A DNA stretch of 64,000 nt from Callorhinchus milii (GCF_018977255.1 NW_024704743.1:69380001-69444000), one strand, 5' to 3'. Shown: positions 51,649 to 64,000, counted from the stretch's first letter. Notes: generated by a model from the sequence alone, not told the origin. Program-made: numbers and translations.

Positions 51649-52270
51649 AGATTTTGACAGCTTTGACCAACATTTCCGCAGATTAAATCAGATATTCCCT
51701 TTATGGCTGTTTGTGGGACATAACTGTGCTCAAATTAACTGCCCTGTTCGCCGACAAAATACGCAGACCCTTTTCAGTAAATCTTTTGAAGTGCTTTGAG
51801 ACACCCTCCTGATGTGACAATCACTATAGTAATGCAAGGTTTATTAATATTATTTTTGTACCTGATTTTGTGAAGTGATATATATGAAACGTACCAGTGT
51901 TTACTTTTTCTGTATGATTAATTCACTATCACGGTGATGATGTACCATTAATTCAAACTTCAATTAAGTGGACAAAAGATTCTTGAGCAAGGAATGACGA
52001 TATCAAACTGAATTCTCAAGCGTTGGTGGGAAACAGATTATTGCCAAACTGACAGAAACATAACATTTTTATCACCCCTCATAGTAAAATTCAGTGAAGC
52101 GGAACGCATGAATCATGTATTTGCTCTCAGCCGCAGTCACTTTGAAAAAAAGGTCTAGTGTGCCAATTAAGATGTGAAGTTTTACAAGGAAAGCTATAAT
52201 TCATAACAACCCAGCCCAAGTTCTAAACTGCGGTGCGCATTTGGCTCAATGTGCTGAATAATGCAGTGTG

Positions 52271-55200
52271 ATAACAACAAGTTACATTTATTTATTTATT
52301 TATTTATTCGACTATGAGCCAGGGGGAGGGAGATGTGACCATAAGCATGGTTGAGCAGAAAGGTCTTTTAGCGCAAACTGAAAATGGGGAAGGAAGGGGC
52401 AAGATGGAGGGATAGAGGAAGAGTGTTCCAGAGTTTTGGAGAGTATTGGCTGAAAATGCAGTCACCAGTGATGGAAAGGAGGGCACGAGGGACATGTAGG
52501 AGGCCGGAGCCAGTCGAGCGGAGGCAGCGGATTGTGGGGTGGAGGTAAGCAGGTCAGAGAGGTAGGGAGTGCCAGAGCAAGAATGGATTTGAAAATGAGT
52601 GTGAGGATCTTCATACCAATCCATGCAGTGATGGGGAGCCAATGGAGGTTGGCTAGAAATGGTGTGATGGGGGTACAAAGTTTAGTACGGGTGAGTATGT
52701 GGGTGGCAGAGTTTTGGATCAGTTGGATCCTGTACGTGGTGGAGCTGGGGAGACCAGCAAAGAGGGCTTTTGAGAAGTCCAGTCGGGAGGTGATGAGCTC
52801 ATGGATGAATGTTTCAGCTGCATCTGGATAATGTGGCGTAGGTGGAGGAAGGCAGTCCTGGTTAGAGACCGGATGGGGGAAAGCAGGACAGCTGTGGGTC
52901 GAACCTGACACCTAGGTTGTGCACTGGTTCAGTAAGTCTGAAGGATAGGCCGGGGAGGTTAAGGAGGTCAGAAGCGCAGGATAGAAGACGTTGACAGGAG
53001 TCAATGAGTGTGGCTTCTGTCTTGTGTGGAGTCCTGTAGCTCAGTGGTTAGAGCACCCACTTTGCAAGCGAGAGACCTGGGTTCGATTCCCAGCAGGGCG
53101 AAACCTTGGGCAAGTTTCCTTACTCCACATACCTGATAATAATCCCTCAAAAAAAATAATAAATTGGTCATTTCAATCCATGACTGTTTGTGGGACACTG
53201 CTGTGCGCAATTGGCTGCCACATTTCGCCCACAAATGGGCGAATGAGAGAGAAGAGGCAGTGGAGGGGGATGGTATGGTCGACTGTGTTGAACATGGCGG
53301 AGAGGTCCAGGAGAGTGAGGAGGCAGAGGGAGCCTAGTCACAGAGAGAGAGGACGTCGTTTATGACCTTGACAAGCACCGTCTCTATGCTGTGGGCAGGG
53401 TGGAAACCAGACTGGAAGGACTCAAAGAGAGAGTGCAGGGAGAGGTGGGAGAAAAGCTGGTTAGCGACAATGCGTTCCAGAGCTTTGGCAAGGAGGGTAG
53501 GTTAGAAATGGGTCAGTAATTTGTGAGGTTGGAGGGGTCAAGGTGGGTTTTTTGAGGTGGGGAGTGGACAGCGGTTCTAAGGGGGAGAGGAACTGAACCT
53601 GAGGAGAGCGACTGGTTGACCATGTTGGCCAGCAGCGGGGAGAAGAGGGGGAGTTGGGTGACCAGCAGCTGGGTGGGGAATGGGTTGAAGCAGCAGGTGG
53701 TGGGCTTCATCTGGAAGACGGTGGTTGAGAGGGAGGGGAGAATAATTGGGGGAAAGGAGTGCAGGGAGGGAGGAGTGGTAAGGACCATGGTGGAAGGAGG
53801 GGGTAGTGTAAATGGTCTGGGGGGTGCGGAAGGAGAAGTAGGGGATGAGGAAACAGCCAAGCAGATTTTTTCGATCTTTGACACAAAGAAGTTTTTGACC
53901 CCTTCACACTTGGCTTTAGAGGTGAGGGTGAGGCAGGTTGTGGGGGTACGCCGAGAAGGTGGTGAATAGTGGAGAACAGTACCTTTGGCTTGTTTTTCAC
54001 CTCCAAAAGGCAGTTTTGGTCTGCAAGAGGGAGAGCCAGTAGTTGCAGAAACCCTCAAGCCACAGCTGGCGATGGATTGTGAGATGGGATTTGTGCCATC
54101 TGTGCTCGAGCATCCAGGTTTTAGTTTGCAGCGAACGGAAGTGACTGTTATACCAGGGAGAGCAGGTAGATTTAGAGACAGACCTGGATTTCAGGGGGCA
54201 AGGGAGTTGAGGGTTGCAGAGAGGTGGTCATTTGGCAGCTTGATGGCTGCATTTGGATTGTTGTGAGTGGAAGGACAGAGGGAGAAGAGATCTGAGGAAG
54301 TGAGGGCGTTCGTGAGGGACTCGGGTGGAAGATTTTTTCAGGGTCAGAAAAATATGGTGGAGGTTTGGAAGAGGGGAGGGGGATGCGGGAGGAGAGGGAG
54401 ATGAGGAAGTGGTCAGACATGGCCTTGTCTGTAATGGACAGATCGGAGATGTCAAGGCCATAAGTGATCACGAGGTTGAAGGGGTGTGGCCACGGTTGTG
54501 GTTCAGGGAGTTTATATGGAGGGTGACATTTAGTGTGGAGAGGAGGGCAGTGAAGTTGAAGGAGATGGGGCAAGGGGAGTTTAGGTGAAGGTTGAAATCA
54601 CCCATTATGATCAGGTGTTCAGTACAGAGGGATGAGAGGAGGGAGGAGATGTCAGGGATGAAGGAACCAGGTGGTTTGGAAGAACGATAAATGAGGAGAA
54701 TTTTGAAGGAGCGGGAGCGATGGTACAGAAATAGGTGTTTGAAAGAAGGGAAGGAGCCAGAGGAATAGGGGAATAGAGTGAGGGTAGTTTGGGAGATAAA
54801 GGCCACCCCACCACTGAATCGGTTTGCGCGGGTGGTGTGGTGAAGGGTGTAGTCAGGGGCCTTCGACAGGATTGCCGGGGACAGCCAGGTTTCTGTGAGC
54901 CTAAGAATGTCGATGTTCTCGTCCAGGATGAGGTCATTGATCGTGAGGGCTTTATTTAAGAGAGAGTGGACATTTTGAAGGGCAATGCGAGTGGGTGAGG
55001 TGGTGGAGGAGGGCTTCAAAGGGAGGGTAGGGAGGGTTTTAGGCTCTGGAGGAGAATTGGCAATGGAGGTCTGAGGGTAGTTTGGAAGAGTAAGGATGTG
55101 GATGAGGGAAGGGGTGTTTACCTTTCGGAGGTGGGAGAGGCAGCTGTGTCGGGGAGAGTGGGCGATGGGGTAGTTGGGATGGCTGCTTTGAGAGCCACGA

Positions 55201-55700
55201 TGGGCCTGGCAGAGGATGACCAGGCTGGAGCAGAGGGTGGCAGTGATGGTGGCCAGTAGAGAGAAGGTGAGGAGGGCAGTGGGAGAGAAGGACTGATTAG
55301 GAGTAGCGAAGAGTGGGGAGTAGAAGGGGAACGTTTTCAGGGGTCAACTTGGGTTGGGGTGGCAGCCAAAACATGCACACAGAGACCATGAGCGAGGCAT
55401 TTAGTGAGACATGGTCAGTCTGCAGGCATGACAAGCGCTCGGGGAGACAGCACAGTGGGGAGACAGAGGGGATGGCTCTCGTGGCTTTGTTGAACCAAAG
55501 CCAGAGAGGGAGGGGGGTGGTGACCAGTTGTAAGGGAAGAGGACAGGAAAGAGGTGAATAGAAATGGCAAAACAATACTTAGCCTGTGGAGTGTTTGAAA
55601 AACGGCACCTGGAAGCAACATCACACAGGCAGTATGGGCTTGTTGGTCCAGGCAGGAAATTTCAAAATGGCATCTCAGCGCCTGAAACCTCCTCACCTGG
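52271..55700 (-). mobile_element. Near full-length degenerate L2 (leader, APE endonuclease, RT N-part, C-terminus); RT core deleted
   Basis: IALQNVHSLLNKA..ILRLTETWL, IYR, MGDFNLH, SDHFLI, DPSNLTNY, TSRLDFSKAL, NLHWLPI; 5' limit uncertain. Confidence 0.9.
53026..53236 (+). mobile_element. Short-subfamily SINE inside L2, 3'-truncated
   Basis: A box TAGCTCAGTGG, B box GGTTCGATTCC; stops at cacaaat. Confidence 0.9.
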
Positions 55701-56103
55701 AACCACGGCTTAAGTAGATGGCTTCAGTTTTGTATTAGGAGTCTTGAGACGTAAAGTAAAAGAACATTTTAGAACATGGCAAGTTTGTATCAAGAAGATC
55801 CTTCTGTCGATTTCATCCTATCATTCCAGAATAACCAATCTACTTTCTTCCTATTCGCGCAGCAAGATGTTTCATAAATTAATACTGGCTTCAATCCCAT
55901 TCCTGGTAACCAATTCTAATCATTAATTTCCTTCTGTCTAAAGAAATTTCCTCCCCCCCCACATCCAACTTGGCCCCCACCACTCTCTAATCCAACTCTC
56001 AGCTCAGGTGCAAACCCTCAACTGTCCAGCACCTTGGGACGTCCTCCTTACATGACAGGTGCGATATAAATGTAATTTGTTGTTTGTTGTTATTTTTGTT
56101 GGT

Positions 56104-56782
56104 GTCAACCTGTCTTAGTTGGTAGTACTCTGAGTCAGAAGCTCTGGGTACAAACCCCCAGGTCAAGGCTTTGAACTGAGAGTCCAATACAATAGCTGGG
56201 GGGAACCACAACGCTAAGGAACCATAGAAATGTACAGCACAGAAGAAAGTAATTCAGCCCATCTGTCTGTGCTGGCTCTTTTAAAGAGCAATTTGTCAAA
56301 GATGGCAACCCTCAGAAGAGATGTTAAACTAAGGTTACAACTGTTTGGTCAAGTGGATGTTAAACATCCCACTATTTGAAAAGAGAAGGGAGTTTCTTCG
56401 GGTATCCTGGCCCCCAATTCCTGAATAAAATTGGTCATTCATTTCATGTCTAATCGCAAATTGGCTGTTGGGTTAACCTACAAATACACAATTACTACAC
56501 TTTACAGTGAATGGGACTCCATCCACAGTCCCTTGCCTATTTTAAGACCCGTCTCAAGACCCTCCTCTTTGACCGTACCTTTGGTCACCCTTCTACCTCT
56601 ACCCTTCCCGCTCTCCACCCCTCCTGATCCCAAGCACCAGCTCGGGAATAGATCCTTGACTGTCCAGCGCTTTGGTGCTATACAAATGTAACTTGTTGTT
56701 GTTGAAACTTGAATCTTGTGAAGTTCTTTGAGACATCCTTCATTCTTGAAAGGAGGCTCTGTATCAATTACGAGGATTATTT
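56104..56782 (+). mobile_element. Deu-domain SINE containing a CR1 3' end (~56220-56290, -) and an L2 3' end (~56512-56705, +)
   Basis: Head, caagtggatgttaaacatccc core; tail resumes tgtgaagttctttgagacatcc after L2 (TTG)n. Confidence 0.68.
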
Positions 56783-57859
56783 AATTTAATCCGATTTACA
56801 GGGTGAAAAGTTTCTCTCCTCTTTGATCATCGTCTTCACACGCAAGTTTTAGTGGCAGAATGGCATAGATATGAGCTATTCATATGTTCAGACCTATTCC
56901 ATCACCAGATGACAGGAAATGTAATCCAAAGATGCTGAGCTGGACAGTGATATAGTTTTATTCCCCCCAAGATGGCGCTCTATGCTTTCTTGTGCAGCTC
57001 AGTTCAGCCACCATGGTGATAGCTGAAAAAACTGACTGGACAGGCGTGAAGATTGAAGTGACAGGCAGCCCCGGGACTCGAGAGGCAAGTGCTTCACAAC
57101 TTGTGCTACTGGCTGCCTGGAGGGATTTGCTGAGTTTGAAGATTTGCCGAGTCCCCTTGCGAAACATAGGGAATTGAGGCTTGTCACATCTGCAAGCAGT
57201 TTAGCTGTGAGCTAATTTCTTCACTTCTGGCATTGTATGCAAATACAACGTTTCTCTTTAATAATTTAATAAGCAGGAAGGCAGCTGCCTCTGGCTGAAC
57301 TTGTGTTCTGTCTGTTTCTTGAACACCATTGCACACTAATGATTTTGTCTGATGCTTTAAGTGCACCAATCCCATTCCATTTCCATTCAGCTCCATTCTT
57401 GTTAAACCAGCACCGTAGAAAGGAATGTGTGGAAATTGGGGCATCTTTTTGGGAGACCATAAGGATATCTGATGTGAGAATGGAAATGCCATGCTGTTCT
57501 TACATCACTCCTCTTTTTTTATATTTAGTGTATCTAATTGATTTTCTAATTTTCTCTCTTATATCCCTCTCCGATCCTGGTCTGACCTCCCCTGGCTGGG
57601 ATGTGTTTTCAATGGCTGCTGGTTGCCCTCCAATTCCCTGCCAAGTAGCCATTGTTCATGTATGCGCCTTGGCAGTGAGTGTCAGCAGGCTCCTTGGCTA
57701 TAGAGGGCATCAAAGTTGAGCCTGAACTCTCCCCCCATCCAGTTGCCATACGTGGGCACAATCAGTAGAGGGTGCTATAGAGGAACCAGAAGCAAGAACC
57801 CAGACTGTTTTTCCTTTCTCTAACCTTGGGAACAATTTAGCCTTGATGGTAGCCCTGAT

Positions 57860-59020
57860 TTTTTTTTAGGTCAGCCGGGTATCTGACACAAATTCGGAAA
57901 CCCATCACCATGCTTAAGATTATCCAAACCAAACTGAGATTTCCGTGCATCCCACGTACACATGCTTACCTAATTCCGGGATGTATTAAGCGCAGGTTGG
58001 CAAGAGCTAAGGGATGGGGAACCCTGAGTATGCGTAGGGGTACTGCTGGAGTCTGACTAGCTAAAAAATGCATAATTTGTCATTGATATTGCTGTATGGC
58101 AAGCTTTCCTGCTGCTTATCCAGCTAGGAACACCCTAGGTCTACACCAGCTAGGACTACGGGTTAGGGTTTTGGCTTGCATTTTTAACAGGGGCTGAGTG
58201 GGATGACTCCCTGCCCCCAGTGACTGTCTGTCCTTCTGGGTCTTGTCGGTGAGCCGAACTGGCTGTGCTGTCATCAGCAGCGCCCTAGAATACTATGGAC
58301 CTGTCTGGCTCAGGATCCGAGACCGCCATAAAGGGCTGGCTCGATTCAGACATCCCAATGGCCAGTTCAGCAACAAGGAGACCCTGCTTACTTCTGCCCC
58401 CCCTTTCCCCCCACAACTAGTCACTAGTTGGTTGTTCAACACCTGATAAGCGCGGGTTTGAGCCCTCACTAGGTGGATGGTAGGTACCAGGAACTCATTG
58501 TGAACTTCCCGGTGGGCAACATAGCTCAGCATGAAATGGGTGAGAGCATTTCCACCATCTTCCTGTCCGCAGCTCGGGCACACATTCCTTCCCATTGAGT
58601 GATGGTTCCACCAGTTGGAGGTGCGTAGTTTAAGCAGCAGCTGCTTGCTTCTCTGCCGGCCAATCAAGGTGGATTCCAGGCGCTGGATGTACGAACATGT
58701 TCATGATCTTGGACTCCAGGACACGCCTTCCAGCAGCTGTCGCCCCAAGCCTCAGAGTTTCCTCATCAGCTATCTGGCAGACATCTGCCTTCAGCATGGT
58801 GGGAGAACCTTTACAGGTTGTGCTAGTCACCTTGATGTTCTTGAGGTCCAAGTCCAATGTCACGTACCAGGTTTACTCAGCATCGGCTGCTCAGTCCAGG
58901 CCCTCATGCGAGAAGCCTTGGCTAATAGAGGTGCCCTCTATGAAGCCAATTCTGCCTCCAGGGTGCTTAGCGACAAGTCAGTGTAGGCCAGAGCCCTCCC
59001 TCCCTATAGCCACTTCCCAT
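57860..59020 (-). mobile_element. Longest copy of the unassigned non-LTR retrotransposon 3' part
   Basis: SKQLLLKLRTSNW..GRNVCPSCGQEDGGNALTHFMLS; poly-A at 57859-57867. Confidence 0.72.
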
Positions 59021-59059
59021 CCAAATCCACCTCTCTGCTTGATCTGGGACTTTGCTTTC

Positions 59060-59345
59060 TAATCTCTCAATGAATGAACGTTTTGTCAGCTATAAATAGC
59101 ATGTCCTCTAAAGCAGCATTGTTTATTGCTGCCTCATAATCTGTGCACTTGGTCAGCGATGAGTCAACTAAGACCTAGGTGTCTTTCAACCTTTCCGATA
59201 GCGAGTTCTTTCTCATCCTTGTGTGTACGTGGCCACTTATGTTTTCTTCCAATATTCATTGCCTTGCATTTATCTGTATTGATGCTAATTTGCCGGTCAT
59301 TAGCTTATTTCTATACCCTGTTGAGTTCTCTTTCTAAGATCTTGG
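59060..59345 (-). mobile_element. Degraded CR1 fragment
   Basis: Minus strand reads ANDRQISINTDKCKAMNIGRK, the W-x2-W-Q-x2-F-N-x2-KC region of CR1. Confidence 0.6.
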
Positions 59346-61024
59346 TTGCTTGACATGACCATGGGTAAAACAACTGTTTGTATTAGCGGTGCCATTGGCT
59401 GAACATGTTTTGCTGCTGAGTGCCCTTTTTGTCTATGCAAGGTCAAGTCTGGCTTGTGGAAAAAAATGAGGTTTTCCCATCAGCTCATAACGTTTTTAAC
59501 TGAGCCAGTGGATTAATCTAGTGAAAGTGGAGAACTGCTATAAAAAATGTGAAACGTGAACTAACACTTCATTGAAAAATGCATCTAGCCATCTATTAAT
59601 TGTCAACTGGTACATGGATGTCACAGGCATCCCACCCCAGCTCAAACTCAGTAACAGGAACTGAAGCTGGTCATACACGGAGAACCAGTTACCTACCTAA
59701 TTCTGATATTATTAGTTCACTTAAGATGCAAACGCAGTCAATCCACTTTATAATATATTGTGTTAAGTGCTTTGAGACACCTCAATGATGTGATAAGGCG
59801 CTATATCAAATGCAAGGATTATTATTACTATAAACTGGCAGTTCAATGCATCAATCGGTTGGCTTCAGGTCCAAACATCATAACAGAGTTGATTAATACA
59901 TCAAAGGTCACAATTCTCACCCCATAGTTACTCAGCATTTTACAGAATTACCCAGAGTGATACAATACATAACCGACCATTCGGCCCAACTAGTTTATTC
60001 CAGTGTTTATACTTCATACAAACCCACATTCCTATTGCCCTCTCATAAACCACTCTATTCCCTAAGATGTTTATTTTTCAGGTATTTGGAACATTTGCGA
60101 AAGGTGTTTTGATTTCCAATAAAATCTCATAAAAACTGGGTGTCTGACATATGTGGAATCCCATCACCATACCAAAGTGTACCTAAACCAAACTGAGAAT
60201 TCCACATATTCCACCTGGCCATGGAAATGCCAGAGATGTTTATTGGAATGGAATGCGTACTCTCCCTGACAAGTGCTGTGACAATTTTTAGAGTACTCAG
60301 CAAAGTTCAACACCTCATCTGAAGGTTGAAACTTTTGTTAGCAACTTGGTTCCCACAGCAGTTCACTGGAGTGTCAACCAAGACTCAGAGTTCAAAGTAC
60401 TGACTTGGAATGTGCTTCTGATACATTTGTGTACTTGAAACGAAGACCTTCTGGCTTCAATAGTCAACGTTTCCTTCAAAATTCTTGGTCAGCTATGTTT
60501 TTTTCAATATTAGATATTTTATTATAAATATTTTTAAAATGCAGTGTTAACATTTTGTTGATAATTTACAAATATACACAGAAAAAAATGTTTTTTCTCC
60601 ATGAGCTGCAAGGGAAACAGAAAGCCAATCATTGATCAGTTGGGAGTAAGCTTGATCTTCAACTCCACTGAAAAATGATGGAAGCCTTGAGGGCAAAGTT
60701 TGAAACATGCCTTAATTTTCCAAAAAAATTTTAAACACACGTTGGACATTTGATATTTTCATTTTGATTTCAGATTGTTATCTTTCACAAATTCAGGTTT
60801 ACACTGTTTGATTCATGGAAAGGAAAATTTAAAAAGGGTGTCGGGGTGCAGCTGGGGAAGGAGTTGGAGGATTGGAAGCCAGCCAGAAAGAATTACCTTC
60901 ATTATATCTCTGATAGCTTAGGTTGAGTTGATAATAATAACAATCATCCATGCATTTGATATAGTGCCTTAACATGTTACCGAGATATCTCGAAGCGCTT
61001 CACAGAACATACTGGGATGTACAA

Positions 61025-61702
61025 AAGGAAAGGAAGCAAAGTCAGTGGTTTTCATTGGAGAGGGGAGAGGAAAGTCAAGTGTGTATTATTTGCACATTTT
61101 TAGGGAGGAAGAGGAAAGTCATTAGTTTTGGGGGTGTGGGAGGAAAGTCAGTGGTTGGGGGCGTCGGGGGAAAGACAGTGGTTTGGGGGTGTGGGAGGAA
61201 CATCAGTGGTTTGGGGGTGCAGAGGGAAAGTCAGTGGTTTGGGGTTGTAGGGGAAAAGTCGGTGTTTGGGGTGGGAGGAAAGTCGGTGGTTTGGGGGTTT
61301 AATGTGGAGCCCTGTAGCTCAGTGGTTAGAGCACTCGCTTTGGAAGCGAGACACCTGAATTCAATTCCAGGCAGGATGAAACCTTGGGCAAGTTTCCTTA
61401 CTCCACACGCCTAATAATAATCCCTCCAACAACCAAAAACAATAATAAATTGGTCATTTTCAATCTACGACTGTTTGTGAGACATTGCTGTGCGCAATTG
61501 GCTGCCGCGTTCGCCCACAAATATACAGTCAATTCACTTTACATTGTGTTCTGTGAAGCGCTTTGGGACGTCCTCCCGACGTGAAAAGCGCTATATCAAA
61601 TGCAAGGATTATTATTATTATTATTAATATAAACAAAGGTGGTTGGGAGGTATGGGAGGAAAGTCAGGTTTTGGGGGTGTAAGAGGAACAGCAGTGGTTT
61701 TG
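61025..61702. repeat. ~27-bp minisatellite GGGAGGAAAGTCAGTGGTTTGGGGGTGT interrupted by a SINE
   Basis: About 7 clear units at 61100-61300, more degenerate units from 61025 and at 61635-61702. Confidence 0.85.
61304..61626 (+). mobile_element. Short-subfamily SINE, full length
   Basis: Head to (TTA)n; CTCCC loop. Confidence 0.93.
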
Positions 61703-61772
61703 GCACCTACTGTTATTTGCCCTGAGCCTGTGAATTCTGCTCACAGGCTCAGGGCAAACACCAATAGGTGCC
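61702..61772. repeat. 71-nt inverted repeat (hairpin)
   Basis: Perfect 18-bp stem 61716-61733/61741-61758, 7-nt loop, outer 8-bp stem GGCACCTA/TAGGTGCC. Confidence 0.92.
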
Positions 61773-63805
61773 TTGAATCCAATATAATCTGACTTTAAAT
61801 AACTTTAGCTCCTGATTGCAAGAGTTAACTCAACAAACAGTGCGGTCCAAATTTACAGTGTGTTTCCACACACTACATCATAAGGGGATTTTATTATTCA
61901 ATAAAGTAAAATATTGCTGCACTTCTGTTACACTTTTGTACCATAAGGAGAGAGCAAATATAGTAAAAATGAAGCCTACTTATATTCGGATTATGGCGTA
62001 TCCATGCCGTGAGTTGGGCAATTATTTCTTGTTCCATGTTTCTGCAGAACCATGCCATAGAATATCGATGATTTGTGTCACCAGCCAGTATGTTCAAAGC
62101 CAACAAAATACAATCCAAACTCCAAAATAATGTCTTTTTGGAAGAGTTATGGAAACATGGTCATGGCCAGATAGCATCGACTCCATTTTGTAAAGAGTCT
62201 TAATCGTCATGGAAAGAGGAGCACACTTTAGGTGAAATTACACTGGAAAATAACCGACAGAGTTGAAATAAATCAATTTGAAATGGGAAATGGTATTATC
62301 AATAGGGATTTTAAACAATGCACATCATATGATGTAATTTTTTTCAGAGTACTGTATTTCTTCCATGTAATGGAATAGGTCTGAAAATGTGCCAATCCTA
62401 TGTATCAAACTCTGAAGAGGTTGGAAGTAAAGTTGAAGTACTAGGATAGAAATGTTACGCAGATGTTAATCCTGGTAGCTGATAAATCCAGTCTATGTGG
62501 TCCAATGCCTGTGTTTACTATCTCTCCAAAACTTACATTGTGGGGGATGTGAAAAAGTAATGTGGAAAAACACAGCTGAAAGCTTCTTGGTGTTTAAATC
62601 ACTTTGGGATAACAAGTCACTACTGAGTCTCATTTCTTATTTCCTGCAATAAAGAACCTGCTACTCCCTAACCGGTTGTTAAAATGTTAATGGTGTGTGG
62701 TTAAAACATTACAGTTGGAAAATGTTGTGTCATTTTATTCCTATCCAGAGACTGAAACATGAGATCCAACTCTGAACCTTTAAACTAACTAAAAGTGAAT
62801 GCCTTTCACATCTGAGTAAACAGACTATATCCAATTTTCTAAAATCCATTTTACTTAAAGACACAATATATCACAAGAAATCATCACAAGTACTTTACAT
62901 TTCATTTTCATTTTACAAAAGTATTGTAAATTAAACAACCCCAGAAAAAAGTCTCAAATAATTAATCTTCACCATCTCTAGCTAATGCCTAAAGTGTTAG
63001 ATCTCTATGTGATTTGTCACAATACTAGTGTGTGTGAACTAGCTGTCATTGCTACAGCTAAACATAGTCAAACTTAGTCAAAGGAATAGACAACAATATA
63101 GGTGATTGATAATTGAGGTTTCAAGTTGCTGCTCGGGATTAGAATATTTTCATTATTTTAATAGAGCATTTCTAATATACTAATAATCTTTGCATTTGAT
63201 ATATCACCAGGAGGATACCTCAAAGTGCTTCACAGGAATATGAATTTTGTTGGCGAACAAATATATTGAAAATATTTTCTGTGATCAATTTGACTATCCC
63301 ATCACCTACCGCATTTTAAGATAGTGGTTTTAAGGCTAAAAACCTGTGTCATTTCGGTCCTCAGGTACCTCAGAATAAAATGTTATTTTTGAGCGGTTGG
63401 TTCAACCAATGTGCCAATTATTTTCTAATGATAGAAAAAGCAAAGGCATGAACATGCATCTTTGAGAAGGTTCCTGGTGTCAAAGAATGTGAATATTCAC
63501 TTGAAACTGCAGGGAAAAGACCATTCAAAATATTATGTTATTCTTCCTTATTTGTGTCAGCAACCCGAATGACTGAAGCAATACCAAAGGGTTGCACCAT
63601 TTAGAACACATTTTAACAGTTATATTTTAAGACAAAATTTGATTGTCCTCAAGATATTGAAATAATGTTAACAATATCTATTACATTTTATTTAAAGTAC
63701 ACTTTAACAGGTCTGTGCAAATGAATGGAAGGTAAATTGCATTTAAATATGATCTGAGTACATATAGCTTTTACAACATTATTGTACTTATTGTGAGACA
63801 CAAGT

Positions 63806-64000
63806 GTCAGTCTGGCTCAGTTCATAGCACTCTTGCTTCTGAGTTGGAAGGTTTTGGGTTCAAGCCGTATGTTGGAACTTTGAGGTAGGTCTAGGCTGAC
63901 ACTTTAATGCAATATTAAATAAGTAATATATTGTCGAAGGTGCCATCGTTTGTGTGAGTTAAATCAATATCCTATCCCCCTGTTAAGGTGTTGTAAAAAG
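63806..64000 (+). mobile_element. Deu-domain SINE 5' part (runs off window)
   Basis: tggctcagttcatagcactcttgcttctgagt...gggttcaagcc head; ttgtcgaaggtgccatc. Confidence 0.7.

Noticed and set aside
53026..53095. tRNA-Ala(TGC)-like sequences with A and B boxes (also 22445-22518, 30982-31050, 44055-44128, 50283-50348, 61304-61372)
   Set aside because: They are SINE heads: acceptor stem not well paired and sequence continues into the SINE body
57560..57850. GC-richer block with CTCF-like CAGTAGAGGGTGCT
   Set aside because: Looks like an old interspersed repeat I cannot name, and the motif match is weak
61100..61300. Regularly spaced repeats resembling a CRISPR array
   Set aside because: Tandem units without unique spacers in a vertebrate context; it is a minisatellite
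22198..61626. Recurring peptides such as IKCKDYYYY and MGKFPYSTRLIII suggesting a small-protein family
   Set aside because: Translations of the SINE body and (TTA)n tail

Overview
Eukaryotic (vertebrate) genomic DNA, most likely from a cartilaginous fish, possibly a chimaera; the taxon is inferred from the repeat complement. The only host gene I can support is ANKRD28 on the minus strand. Its 27-bp first coding exon (MVFLKLRDQ, good Kozak context, GT donor) lies at 12811-12837 inside a CpG island (~12.1-13.35 kb) with a GC-box minisatellite upstream. Bases 1-12810 are therefore intron 1 (exon 2 not found in the window), and 13.4-64 kb is upstream intergenic DNA. The rest is dominated by decayed mobile elements: many L2 LINE pieces (one near full length at 52.3-55.7 kb), CR1 pieces, a young tRNA-Ala-headed SINE family (long and short subfamilies) sharing its 3' stem-loop with L2, older Deu-domain SINEs, a split hAT/Charlie transposase relic, a Tc1/pogo-like MITE, a Penelope-like end, and a non-LTR family with a CCHC knuckle that I cannot name. 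Nearly all ORFs in the supplied track are repeat debris. I found no convincing new protein-coding system. The most interesting signals are structural: a covarying SINE/L2 3' hairpin with loop switching, an inverted duplication suggesting a ~6-kb staggered-break inversion, a 71-nt near-perfect hairpin, several CTCF-type motifs and multi-layer nested insertions. Repeat boundaries are approximate and read by eye.
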